The notes under the pieces were generated by a model. The model saw only the letters and a program-made list of their open reading frames with translations, had not been told where the DNA came from and searched no databases. Made by a program: the position numbers and the translations under genes. DNA of 64,000 bases. It comes from Alloascoidea hylecoeti. Lineage: Eukaryota. The first letter of the stretch is position 1, and every line of letters begins with the position of its first letter. Positions 35,296 to 46,576 of the stretch are shown here, in pieces. The stretch lies in NCBI GenBank assembly GCA_001600815.1, contig BCKZ01000009.1:212194-276193 (forward strand), in the 5' to 3' direction.

Positions 35296-36282
35296 ATGAG
35301 ATATAATTTGAATATCTGTTTATTACTCTCTTTAATCAGATTAGTCATAGCAAAAAACATCCTTTTGTCAAATGATGATGGATGGGCATCCACGAACATT
35401 CGCGCCACATATGATGCCTTAACAAATGCTGGCCATAACGTCATCATATCAGCACCAGTTAACCAAAGATCGGGATATGGCGGTACCTTCCGGTTGCCTC
35501 ATAGTAGGATACTGCTAAGGGATGGCGAATTTGGATATGTGAAAAAAGGTGATCCTTCATGGGGTCACGAACCAGATAATTTGAATATTTGGTATATTGA
35601 TGGAACGCCCTCATCGTCCGTTATTTTTGGTCTAGACTATATTGTCCCGACTTATTTTAATGGAATGAATATTGATTTGGTTGTTGCCGGCCCTAATGAA
35701 GGCACAAATATCGGACCTTATTTGTTCACTTTATCCGGGACTATGGGTGCAACTTATACCGCGATTGAAAGAAATATTCCAGCCATCTCTGTGTCTGGTT
35801 CAAATAGTAATAATAGTTTCTTTAAAGATGATTTCCCCTTATCAAATATACATCCTGCAAACATCAATGCCCAGAAGGTTGTTCAATTAGTGGAATACCT
35901 ATTTAAAAGGGCGGCAGATCAAGAAAGGGTTTTGCCGTTAGGCATTGGTCTTAATGTTAATATCCCAAGAGTTGGATCAATATCAACAAACAATTTAATG
36001 AATCCTCCATTCAAATTAAGTAGACTTACAGGGGAAGGCTCTTTTATTTTATCTATTGAGTTGGATGAAGATACTGGCCTATTTAAAAGATATCACAAAA
36101 ATACAGAAGCATTGAGAAACTGTTTGAGTGGTGATTGCAGGTTACCAAGCGAAAGAACAACTTACAACGAAGGAAAAATATCTATTTCCGTATTTTCCGT
36201 TGATTATGATGCCCCATATAGACAACCAGCTTTTCAATTACAAGTAGATCAGGTTTATGAAAATTTATCACAATTATTATAA
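35296..36282 (+). CDS. secreted SurE-family acid phosphatase/5'-nucleotidase, copy 2 (tandem paralogue)
   Basis: Signal peptide and the same SNDDG, GPNEG and SGTMGA motifs; long peptide blocks identical to copy 1. Confidence 0.9.
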   Translation: MRYNLNICLLLSLIRLVIAKNILLSNDDGWASTNIRATYDALTNAGHNVIISAPVNQRSGYGGTFRLPHSRILLRDGEFGYVKKGDPSWGHEPDNLNIWYIDGTPSSSVIFGLDYIVPTYFNGMNIDLVVAGPNEGTNIGPYLFTLSGTMGATYTAIERNIPAISVSGSNSNNSFFKDDFPLSNIHPANINAQKVVQLVEYLFKRAADQERVLPLGIGLNVNIPRVGSISTNNLMNPPFKLSRLTGEGSFILSIELDEDTGLFKRYHKNTEALRNCLSGDCRLPSERTTYNEGKISISVFSVDYDAPYRQPAFQLQVDQVYENLSQLL

Positions 36283-36499
36283 CTAAAAGACTATATAAAT
36301 CTACCAAGACAATCAATATAATGCCGGCCAGTTCAGATTGTGTTAAACGTAATATTTACACAATCTATATTCAAAGATTTTATAATAATGATATATACAT
36401 ATACTGTCATTACTATAGCTATATGTTTACAATGCATTGTAGTGTATAAATAAAGTGTAACATCTAAATCAAGTTTTAAAAGAGTTCTTATAATTACTT

Positions 36500-38176
36500 T
36501 TATAATTCATCATGAGCGGCCTTTACAGCTTCAACGGCCGAATTCGCAGCACTGATTGCACTAGATGTAGCACTATCTACAATACTGGCTGTGCTTGACT
36601 TAACAGCAGAAACTGTTGCTGGATCAAAGTTCCATAAAGTCTCAACGGCGCCTAGAACTTCTTTATGAACCTGACTGAAATCTGCCCCGCAGAGATACGC
36701 AACGCCGACCATTAAACCACCCAAGCCAAACAAAGTAACTGATGCAAAAACAAAAAGGTAGATACCCTCATTACCATTCTCTCTTTTTACTTTTCTTTGT
36801 CGTGCCAATTCTCGTTGTGAAGGTCCATTCAAATCAAATTTCTTTTCGGGTACTGAGACTGGGAACAATTTCTCAATATATTGTTCGATTTTGCCGCAAA
36901 CAATTCCAATACGAAGATAACTTGGGTCATCAGGGGTTGATCTATGATGGATTCTTCTAACAAAATAACGGAAAATATCACAAGTTCCTTTTAGGTCTTG
37001 TCCTTGCAGGATCAATGAAGCAGTTGTCCCTCTCCTAATTTTAACATTCTTTTCGAAAATATCTGGATTCCTATAAACAAGATCTAATGTTGAAATGGCC
37101 ATTATTTGAGGAATGCAGCAGAAATTATAAGTTGATGGATCTTTTACACAAGACAGAAATAGTAAACAATCACAAACATGATCAAGTGAATTGGCCACAA
37201 GTTCAGAAACACAATAAAGGCCTTGTTGTAAATCTTCAGGAGATTTAGTGAAATCTTTAAGAGATCCCTTAGAATATTTTGACCAAACTTCCTCTGGCCA
37301 AAATGATCTTCCATCATCAATATCTTCTCTATAATCTCTTATGATATTTGTCTTTTGTAAAAATAATCCCATGGATTCTTGTAAATTAGGGTTGCTCACT
37401 AAAGTCTCGTCACCAAATTTGGCAATAATAATCAATTTTGTTAATCCTTCGCCAACAAGTCCAGCAACATAATGGCAGTATAAATCATAATCTGCAATAG
37501 TTTTAACACCATTCAAGTTAAAGTCTTCATTAACAACATAATCAGCCATACCATTACCCATTTTATGAGTTATATCCTTTAAAACCTCTTGATATTCTGG
37601 TTTTAAAAGGTGATATTCGGTCAAAACTGCATCAAATTCAACAAGAACAACTCTATCTTTTTCATTAGGACCATTTCCATTAAAAGTCCAATCATTTAAA
37701 TCCAATTTTTCATCAAAAGTTCGTAACAAAGGAATTTTAACATCAGGCGATATTGTCATATCATCTTCGATTGTGTCCAAAGCCCTTAAAATGAGATAGA
37801 ACAAAGCAATTGTGTCTCTCAATTCTGGATTTAGTTCAACTATCACTCGTGCGAATGATCGAGATGTTAATGTAAGAAGTTCATAACATCTTCGTAGTGT
37901 TTTAGATTGTTTCTCTGGGTCGTCTCTAGGGTGAAGTGGTTTACTAAAGTACTTCCTGGTCAAAAAATAAAGAAAAGATTAGTAAATCGTTAATTTACTT
38001 GTTCGAGTATCTATTTAAAAGTCAAAATAATTGTATAAAGGTATTAAGGGTTGACGTTTTTTTTTTTTTGCCTGATCTTAACAGATCAGCGACAATGAAA
38101 AATGACAAAAAACTTACAATTGTATGGCAGCTTTTGCTTCCAACGGATGGAGTATCAGCTCCGAGAATTTCCCCAT
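36500..38176 (-). CDS. ERG9: squalene synthase; exons 38176..38118 and 37955..36500
   Basis: Exon 1 MGKFSELILHPLEAKAAIQL (absent from the ORF track) is spliced via intron 37956..38117 (GTAAGT..TACTAAT..CAG, 162 nt) to KYFSKPLHPRD. Motifs TSRSF, RALDTIEDD, YCHYVAGLVG, MGLFLQKTNIIRDY; TM anchor, then a tail ending HDEL. Confidence 0.97.
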
Positions 38177-38675
38177 TGTATTTATTTAGAAGTAAATATA
38201 AGAATAGAGTAGCAAATTTGAAAGAAAAAGAGAACGTAAAGGTGCTAGCAAATAGATCGGATACTATAAAGAGGTTGCAACATCCCTTCGCCCAGCATGT
38301 AGTAGGTTTCAATTGGCTGAAAAATGGTATGATCCTTATTAGCATTTAATTGTGTTCATTTCCTACACGGCTTTAATAATAGAGACAAAACTCCGTGTTC
38401 CACTGTCGATCTCCATTATCCAATTCCTTGTGATCGTAGATGCCGACATTTGGATTTATAATCACCATATGGGGCTATATCCTATTCGCAAATTTATGAT
38501 CATAGATTCATAGCGTATAACATGTATTAATCTATTTCTATATATAAATAAATGTACTCAAAATTATCAAACATCTGTTCGTTAGCATGCAATAAATAAT
38601 ATACATTAGACCTCATAAATCCAAACTATGTAAGTATAAAGGTCAAATCTTTAGGAGGTCAGATATCGGCTAGTA

Positions 38676-40325
38676 TTAAGCCAAGTCTTCTATTCTCACA
38701 TTCGTGTCAGTTTCCTTGGTTTTCACCGGTGAAATGTCTTCTTCCGATCCGGGGGATATAGATCTATGTTCTTCCTTAAGCCTATTATCAATATCTTGTG
38801 ATTGATTATCACCAAAAACCTTAGAGATATCTTCCAAAGAATAACCTTTTGTTTCGGGATACACGAAAAACACTATAGCTATATCAAGACCAATCCAACA
38901 ACAATAAACAATATAATACTTCCAAGAAATGGCATCCATCGCAATAGGATTGACGAATCCTGAAAAAATTTGAGAAACATAAACCACCATGAAGTATATT
39001 GAAGTTCCTTTACTCCTCAGATTGAATGGTAAAATTTCACTCACATATAAAGGTGCACTAATCATACCAGCATTATAGCAAAAAAAATCTATAAATATCA
39101 TAGCTATAACTCCAATAGAAAGTGACTTGTTTTTATAATCTTGCTTCTCGTCGATTGCAGAAAGTACTGTCCAAATCACCATACAGATCAACATGGCGAT
39201 TAAACACCAAAGTAACATATCTCTTCTCTTGAGCTTTTTAATAATCCATGGAATACAAAAGCAACCTGCCAAGCTGAAGATCATCAAATATCCATAAATT
39301 TCAAGCTGCTCTGTTTTTGAATCAATTCCAATATTACTCAAAATTTTTTTGAAGTAATACGTAACTACACTTGTGCCTGATAATTGAACAATTATAGCAA
39401 GGGTAATAATAATAACTAAACGATGTAAGTTAGGCTTACCTTTAAAAAGCGATGTGTATGAACAGGTGTTTTGAGATCTTTCTCTATCAATTGCTGTGAA
39501 AATTTCAGATAATTCTGAATCTATTAATTTACCGTATTTTGATTCATTATTTTCTCCGTGGAATTTCAATAGCATATCTCTTGCACTTTCTATTTTACAT
39601 TTTGAGACCAAATACCTCGGGCTCTCTGGTATCCACCAGATAAATAATAACTGAATTAGGGGAGAAGTTATTTGAATAATGCTTGGAGCTCTCCAACATA
39701 ATGAGGAGTCACCTGTAAATGAAGTACCTAGTATAGACCAAGTAGATAGTATAGCACCTGAATACCAATGTGTGGTATACATACCCGTCATTACCTCCCG
39801 TTGAGTTGGATAAGAACTTTCCGAGATCAGTGGAACAGCTCCAACCACAGCTATAGTATTCCCAGCTCCAACAATAATTCTAGATATTAAAAATGAGGCA
39901 TAATTAACAGAAAATGTCTGAATTATAGCGCCAACTATCATAGTAAGGTCTCCAACAATTATTGATGTTTTTCTTCCAAATTTATCAGATATAAGTGGAG
40001 CAAAAAGAAAGGACACAAAATATCCAAAATATACACCGTTAGATAAAGCGCCTAATAAAGCTCCTTCTGGGTTCCCGAAATCAGTTTCCCATTTACCAAG
40101 AGATTGAAAACCATTCATCATACCTGCATCAAATCCTGTTGTTGAGGCGGAAAGCATTACAATTGATAATAGGAAATTTAGTTTGAGTAATCCTTTATCT
40201 TTAAACCAGGATCTTTCATACATATCTAGTTTGGAAATTTCATCCTCTGTGTTTCTTTCAGATGGTGAAGAATTAGAGTGACTTGCAGTATGATTGTTAT
40301 TATTATTATCTGCAGCAGAGACCAT
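38676..40325 (-). CDS. MFS sugar porter, Lac12/cellodextrin-permease-like subfamily
   Basis: GLLKLNF..STTGFDAGMMNGFQ, SDKFGRK, PESPRYL, QLSGTSVVTYY, YVSEILPFNLRSKG, VNPIAM..ISWKYY, PETKGYSLE. Confidence 0.88.
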   Translation of the reverse strand: MVSAADNNNNNHTASHSNSSPSERNTEDEISKLDMYERSWFKDKGLLKLNFLLSIVMLSASTTGFDAGMMNGFQSLGKWETDFGNPEGALLGALSNGVYFGYFVSFLFAPLISDKFGRKTSIIVGDLTMIVGAIIQTFSVNYASFLISRIIVGAGNTIAVVGAVPLISESSYPTQREVMTGMYTTHWYSGAILSTWSILGTSFTGDSSLCWRAPSIIQITSPLIQLLFIWWIPESPRYLVSKCKIESARDMLLKFHGENNESKYGKLIDSELSEIFTAIDRERSQNTCSYTSLFKGKPNLHRLVIIITLAIIVQLSGTSVVTYYFKKILSNIGIDSKTEQLEIYGYLMIFSLAGCFCIPWIIKKLKRRDMLLWCLIAMLICMVIWTVLSAIDEKQDYKNKSLSIGVIAMIFIDFFCYNAGMISAPLYVSEILPFNLRSKGTSIYFMVVYVSQIFSGFVNPIAMDAISWKYYIVYCCWIGLDIAIVFFVYPETKGYSLEDISKVFGDNQSQDIDNRLKEEHRSISPGSEEDISPVKTKETDTNVRIEDLA

Positions 40326-41849
40326 TCTTAAATAATTGTAATTGTTGGTGTTGAAATTTAATTGTATTTAATAACTGAATACACTTATATATATATATAT
40401 CATATAGATAATTGAGTCAGTGCTATCATGATCATATAGATTATAGCTATAGTAGTACTAATAATGGAATTATCATAATTATGTGACAAAAATAATTGCT
40501 ATTTAACAAAATAGCACGCCTAAAACTACACTTTATGCATGTATCAACAACCTGTACATTGTTTATGGACTGAAAAACGGTTTTCTGAAAGGAAGAGTTA
40601 CCGGTTTTGTTCTTGACCTCGTTACTCTTAAAAACGTACACACATATTTGTCTCAACTGTCAGTTGAAATTGGCAATGCCCTCGGGCTGGATTGTTTTTA
40701 TATAGAGCAATAAATTTCAGCATATAAGTTTTATGCATGTGGACTACCATAAATCAATTAATAATAATGATGATGAGATGAGAAACATTACTTAAAAAGA
40801 TCACAGCAATACATATATTTGAACAAGAGCAGTAAATATGCCTTGTTAATGTTTCTGTTGTGCTCACACGTTTAATTTTCCTTTTATAATATTATCTTGA
40901 GCTATACAGACATTTGAAGAATAATCCCTCATTTCAAGATGATAATTACAGACCTGAGTAGAATTCATTTGATATATTTTATATATAAATTTCTGACAGC
41001 TTTTGCAATTGAAATAATAATATTTACAATATTTTGGAGGCCGAAATTATTTCAGGACAAAAAGTAGATGAGAAGAGTAAGCGCACGGCTAATATTGATA
41101 TTTTTAGTATAATTCATAACATATAATAACAAAGATGGTGTATGCAGGTATGCATATTGAAAGCAAATATGCAGGAGCTTCTTAATAACACCACAAGCCA
41201 CGAGACGATATATTTTATTAAAACCGTTGTTTATAACGTTATAAAACTCATAAAGATTTGTTTTTGCTGGGAGCAAACTTTTTGAACTTATTTTCTTGCT
41301 ATATTGAGTATATTTATTCTATGCTACAATTATTCTTAATTCTATGATCGTTCAATGGTCATGATTAGTTGACTAGATTGGTTATCATTATAACTTGTTT
41401 GATACTTCATGATCAATTTTACATTTTGAAAAAAAGCAATTAAGGTTATATTAATGCAATATTAATCGGGTGTTGATCCGATCTGAAATTTAAATATCTA
41501 AATATATAATTAATCCAATATGATATATTGAACACTCGGACGAGTTACAATATTGGATACACATTTTATGTCAAAAGGTAAATCTATAAGTTCTAGATTT
41601 GATTATGGCTGTGAGATAAACAAATTTCATTATAATTATTACGGTCCAAAGTTCAAGAGTAAGCAATAACAGTATCAATCGCGACATAGTTCTTTTTTAG
41701 ATCTAGTTATAACTTATGCCTCCTACGCTTAAGTTTAAGAGCTTGCAATTGTTTTAACGTTAATTATATTTCAGTTGTTAGTTTCCAATCCATTCAGATT
41801 AATATTTTGACTAATCAATATCGATACTAAAACAGCTGTGCAGTATTTG

Positions 41850-41871
41850 AAAATTCCGGCAGCGGAATTTT
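41850..41871. promoter_or_regulatory. perfect 9-bp inverted repeat with everted CCG-N4-CGG (candidate Zn2Cys6 dimer site)
   Basis: AAAATTCCG-GCAG-CGGAATTTT in an otherwise very CG-poor region upstream of the sugar porter. Confidence 0.4.
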
Positions 41872-42059
41872 TTAATCTTTACTAATTACAATTAAAATGA
41901 ACAAGCAAAAAAACTTGAACTCACAATAATGATTATTAGAACTGTTAGACCATGATCATGACGATGCAACTATGACAACTCAAGTTTCAGTTTAATATAT
42001 ATTATTTATTGATATTTATATGGAATTGGCTACAAAGTTCTAGATATCGATATTTACAA

Positions 42060-44315
42060 TTATAAACCATTAACTTCTCCAATTATTTTCATAGCTTCTT
42101 TATCACCGCTCTCTAATCTTGGGTCATCCAGTGCTTCAGAAAGTATCTTCCATGGATCCTTAGATCCACCCCACTTCAGAACAGTTTGTCTGAATTTCTC
42201 ACCGGCCTCTCTAGATAATGGATCAGATTCAAATAGATGTGCCCATATCTTAGCGGCAATTGCGCGATCTAATAGGTAACTATAATAAGAAGCACCATAA
42301 CCAAACAAATGTCCAAACTGACCAATCCAGCGAGAATATGGGTCCGAAAAGACTCCCTCGTATTTTGATTCTAAATCATGATAAATAGAAATTGAATCAA
42401 AATTCAATCGACCAGCTTGCTCGGAATGAAGAACTTGATCCAGCAGAGCCATTTTAATTTGGCTAAACGTTTCTGAATGTTTCAGGCATGCCATTTCATT
42501 TTTGTAATTTAAGAGCATTGACTCTGATAATGGTTCATTTGTTACATGATGTCTTGCAAAAAGACTTAAAACCTTAAAACTATTGGCAAAATGTTCCATT
42601 AGGACAGAAGGTAGTTCAACAAAATCAGTTGCACATCTTGTACCTGAAACGTTATGCAGATTTGTTCTTCCTAACATTGAATGCATGGCATGTCCCATTT
42701 CATGAAATATTGTTTCTACATCTGATAATGTCAGAAAAGATTTTCCAGAATATGAATCTTTCCCAAAACTACAGACAAGGGTTATTACAGGTAGTTGATA
42801 ACTTTCACCTTCTTTGGTTGTTGTAGTTTGTATAGTGTTCATAATTTCAGGATCATTAAATTCATCTTGATAAATTTTTCGAGAACAGCAAATTGTGAAA
42901 TGAGCGGGATTGTTTGTTTTACCACTTCTTTCAAACAGATCACAATATATGATTCCTATTAAACCTTCATTTTCGGATACAACGTTTAATTTAACAACAT
43001 CAGGATGCCATGTTTCTCCATAAGAAAACTCAACAGGTTCAAATGAGATTCCATATATTTTATTAAATAAGCGTGATAATCCCTGTACCACAGTACCCAA
43101 ACTAAAATAACTTGAGAGGTGTTCGACATTTTTAGACCTCTTAGAAACTAAATCTTTAGAAGCATAATAATCACGATCCCATGGTTTCATTGTTTTAGCC
43201 AATTCTAATTTGGTCAAACTGGAATTGCTTGATACCTCGGGGTTCAATTTTGCTAAACTAACAACCTCTTCCACGGCAGAAGGAAAGGTAGTTTCTACCA
43301 GTCTACGCAAAAATTGAATAACATTCTCAGGTGTTTTAGCCATTTTATCTTCAAGCTGATATGCAGAATAAGATTTACAACTCATCAGCGAAGCCAGCTT
43401 TGAACGCTCCTTTAACAAAGATTCCAAAGTTTTGATCTGTTGATTACTGACATCATGTAACTCTAACCACATTTTCCTTCTGACTTCAGGATCTATTGCA
43501 TTTCTAACGATCAATGTAGCAAGAGGTCCTCGTGTTTCAACTCTCTTCGAATTTAATGTATATCTCGCTAATGATCTCAGAAAAGACGATTCGACACCTT
43601 TCAAGTCCTTAGATGATAAAGTCAGGTATTTATTATTTGGCTCTTTTAACCCATTGTGAAAATCCTGACCAATCAGTGAAATATTTGTTGAAATATCAAC
43701 AAATGCTTGTCTTTTAGTTTGATCCAAACCAATTCCTGATCTGTTAAAATCACGAAGTAGTAAATTACCAACTGCAAGCTCTTCTTCTGAGAAAGTTGAG
43801 CTATATTGTTTGTCCGATAAAACTCGCTCAAGATTTTTGTATAGTTCTACATCTGTGTTTAATATATTCATATACTCAAACATGTGACTGTAACAAATTT
43901 GAGCAGCATTAACGAACTGTTCATCTGGATGGCATAGTCTAATAAACTCGGCCAAATCGATTACTCTGCACAGTATATCGCTGATTCTGTCCAAATTTCG
44001 AATATAATGCTTAAGGGTGTTTGGGGAAGAATCTGCAGTTAGATGTGCTACCAGAGTTTGGGCCTTTTTCAGTGAGTCACCACAAAATTGAACGAGACCT
44101 TCTGGAGTCTTAAGATATGGATTGAGGAATAAACCTTTTGAATCTATGGTGCTTTTCCTTAGGGTGATATTCTGGTCAAAAACATCTCTAAGTAGAGCAT
44201 CCGAATCGGATGCTCTGCTAAAACACCTGAATGGGGTGGTTGGGATAAACCGGCTACCACTCAGCACTCTTCTTCTAACCAAGCTCCGACTCCAAGTTCG
44301 ACTCAAACAAATCAT
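42060..44315 (-). CDS. OCT1: mitochondrial intermediate peptidase (M3 family)
   Basis: Arg/Ser-rich presequence from ATG 44315; DILCRVIDLAEFIR, PWDRDYY, FHEMGHAMHSMLGRT (HExxH), GTRCATDFVELPS, FGHLFGYGASYYSY. Confidence 0.96.
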   Translation of the reverse strand: MICLSRTWSRSLVRRRVLSGSRFIPTTPFRCFSRASDSDALLRDVFDQNITLRKSTIDSKGLFLNPYLKTPEGLVQFCGDSLKKAQTLVAHLTADSSPNTLKHYIRNLDRISDILCRVIDLAEFIRLCHPDEQFVNAAQICYSHMFEYMNILNTDVELYKNLERVLSDKQYSSTFSEEELAVGNLLLRDFNRSGIGLDQTKRQAFVDISTNISLIGQDFHNGLKEPNNKYLTLSSKDLKGVESSFLRSLARYTLNSKRVETRGPLATLIVRNAIDPEVRRKMWLELHDVSNQQIKTLESLLKERSKLASLMSCKSYSAYQLEDKMAKTPENVIQFLRRLVETTFPSAVEEVVSLAKLNPEVSSNSSLTKLELAKTMKPWDRDYYASKDLVSKRSKNVEHLSSYFSLGTVVQGLSRLFNKIYGISFEPVEFSYGETWHPDVVKLNVVSENEGLIGIIYCDLFERSGKTNNPAHFTICCSRKIYQDEFNDPEIMNTIQTTTTKEGESYQLPVITLVCSFGKDSYSGKSFLTLSDVETIFHEMGHAMHSMLGRTNLHNVSGTRCATDFVELPSVLMEHFANSFKVLSLFARHHVTNEPLSESMLLNYKNEMACLKHSETFSQIKMALLDQVLHSEQAGRLNFDSISIYHDLESKYEGVFSDPYSRWIGQFGHLFGYGASYYSYLLDRAIAAKIWAHLFESDPLSREAGEKFRQTVLKWGGSKDPWKILSEALDDPRLESGDKEAMKIIGEVNGL

Positions 44316-44626
44316 CTCCGGTCTCAATTGATCCTTCCCTTCTTAGCAACTGTTCAGTTTTGATATTCAGAAAGTGTTCGGATGTGAATGATGTTATTTA
44401 CTCATAGTATTATATATACGCAGTACCTGATGATTTTTTGCTCTTAGAAGATCCATTGAGGTCTGATAACACGTTCAAAAGGAGTTTCTGGGACGAAATG
44501 AAACAAAATCAGGTGTCTCCACTATCGTGTTACTGATATTGAGCAGTTTCCTCTGCAATGAATATTGCAAGTTTTCTAACAGGTTTGGAAGTTTGACTTT
44601 TGATGGAGGCTTTGATTATTGCAACC

Positions 44627-44633
44627 CGGGTAA
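44627..44633. promoter_or_regulatory. Reb1-type site CGGGTAA in the OCT1/VRG4 divergent promoter
   Basis: Exact motif about 65 bp upstream of the VRG4 ATG. Confidence 0.6.
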
Positions 44634-44697
44634 CAGGGATCTAAGATATACTTTTTTTCAAAACTGTTTTCAGATTCTCTTCCTCATCTTAAAACCA

Positions 44698-45807
44698 ATG
44701 GCTTATCCAGAGAAGCAGAAACAGGACGACGCTCCTGTAGGTATGGCCGCTAAGCGGTCTGTTGCAAATAACCCAGTGATCTCCATCTTCTCATACTGTG
44801 CTTCATCCATCTTGATGACAACTACTAACAAGTATGTCTTATCTGGCAATAAGGGCTTCAATCTCAATTTTATTCTCTTAGCTGTTCAAGCTATCGTTTG
44901 TGTTTTGGCTGTTATGATACTCAAAGGAGTTGGACTTATCACTTACCGTGGTTTCGAGAAGAGCCTTGCCAAGAAATGGTACCCTATCGCTGTCTTGTTG
45001 GTTATTATGATATACACGTCATCCAAGGCTCTTGCATACTTGTCCATTCCTGTGTATACTATTTTTAAAAATTTAACTATTATTCTCATCGCATATGGTG
45101 AAGTCATTTGGTTTGGAGGTCATGTCACTAGCATGGCTCTTTTTTCTTTCCTTCTTATGGTTCTTTCCTCTATTATCGCCGCCTGGACAGATATTTATAC
45201 CGCTTTAGGTCCACGTGTTACTGATGCTTTGGCTCCTCAAGTATCAGAAATTGCAACTGCTACTTCTACAGCTTTAGAGGCAGAAAGTGTGGTATTCAAC
45301 TTGGGTTACTTTTGGATGTTCACCAACTGTTTTGCTTCTGCTGCGTTTGTCCTTATTATGCGCAAACGTATTAAGCTCACAAATTTCAAGGATTTTGATA
45401 CCATGTATTATAATAATCTTCTTTCAATTCCTATTCTTCTTTTAAGTTCTCTATTATTGGAGGACTGGAGCCCTGAGAATCTAATACGCAACTTTCCTGC
45501 TGAAAGTCGTACTGCTGTTATTTCAGCCATGGTTTTCTCTGGTCTTTCAGCTGTTGGTATTTCATACTGTTCAGGATGGTGTATCAGAGCTACCTCATCG
45601 ACTACCTACAGTATGGTTGGTGCTCTAAATAAATTACCAATTGCTCTGTCTGGTTTAGTATTCTTTGGAGATCCTGCTAATTTCTTCTCAGTCACATCAA
45701 TTTTCTTGGGATTTTTGGCAGGGCTTGTATACGCGGTAGCTAAGCAAAAACAAAAGGCACAGGAGGCTTTGCAAGGAGCTTTACCAACCAATACATCAAC
45801 TAAATAA
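44698..45807 (+). CDS. VRG4: Golgi GDP-mannose transporter
   Basis: [56 protein letters not shown] (GALNK motif). ATG 44698 is preferred over the upstream GTG start. Confidence 0.96.
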   Translation: MAYPEKQKQDDAPVGMAAKRSVANNPVISIFSYCASSILMTTTNKYVLSGNKGFNLNFILLAVQAIVCVLAVMILKGVGLITYRGFEKSLAKKWYPIAVLLVIMIYTSSKALAYLSIPVYTIFKNLTIILIAYGEVIWFGGHVTSMALFSFLLMVLSSIIAAWTDIYTALGPRVTDALAPQVSEIATATSTALEAESVVFNLGYFWMFTNCFASAAFVLIMRKRIKLTNFKDFDTMYYNNLLSIPILLLSSLLLEDWSPENLIRNFPAESRTAVISAMVFSGLSAVGISYCSGWCIRATSSTTYSMVGALNKLPIALSGLVFFGDPANFFSVTSIFLGFLAGLVYAVAKQKQKAQEALQGALPTNTSTK

Positions 45808-46471
45808 ATTAAGGGTAACTATAATATCCTACTTACTGGCAGACTGGTTCTTCATTATTAAATTATATTTTGCTTACTTATGGGTAAAACAACTTAATTG
45901 CGCTAGACCATATTTGAACACAAATTTGAATCATACAATTTATACACTATATATATTACGCAGAAGTAATAGTACTTTATAATATGTATACATAATCAGA
46001 TATTATAGAATCTTTAGACGTTGTAGATGTATCGGTATCTTGTTTCCCTTCTGTTAATTTGTCCTCTAGGTCTTGGCTATATCTGTTTAGCAACATCCAA
46101 AATTTGGGGTATCCAACGGTCTTGATTATTGTTAATTGATGATTAGTAAGTATATTTGTTTGATTATCTTTTGAAATTGGAATTTCGATTGCGTTCTACT
46201 GAAATTTGACTATTAAATATTTTGTACTAGTATTATTACTGTTATTTTTCTATTAAAACCTGCGTGTAGGTACTGGAATTTGTTTCCTGTAACTTATATT
46301 TAAATCACAATTATGAGATATTGAAATCATCTCAGCGCGATAATGTACCGGGTGTACATCCTCTTTGATAGTTCAATTTAGTAAGAGCAAAAGAGACAGG
46401 ACTATTAAGTTACCTGTAAGTTGAGGCCTTTTTTCATGATCTGAGTCATGTGATGGCAAATCCACTTGGGT

Positions 46472-46479
46472 CACGTGAT
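46472..46479. promoter_or_regulatory. TCACGTGA Cbf1-type site, with TGAGTCA (Gcn4/AP-1-type) at 46442
   Basis: Both motifs lie 100-135 bp upstream of the carrier ATG at 46577. Confidence 0.45.
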
Positions 46480-46576
46480 CAAAGAAAACACAATATTCAA
46501 ATTTGATAAAATAGCAAACATATTCCACTCAACTGCTTGTTTAGTAAGTGAAACTTATGAAGCTAAGACACTGACA

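Noticed and set aside
37999..38349. Overlapping 116-aa and 107-aa ORFs upstream of ERG9
   Set aside because: They overlap ERG9 exon 1, its intron and promoter in other frames, with no recognisable protein features.
44385..44472. Possible box C/D snoRNA (TGATGA at 44428, CTGA at 44463)
   Set aside because: Only about 30 nt between the boxes, the alternative upstream C box is imperfect, I could not match a guide to rRNA, and it lies within a short divergent promoter.
44527..44697. N-terminal extension of VRG4 in the ORF track (similar extensions for UTP5, OCT1, STE7)
   Set aside because: These start at GTG/TTG under a bacterial-style start rule and overlap promoter motifs; downstream ATGs match the known N-termini.
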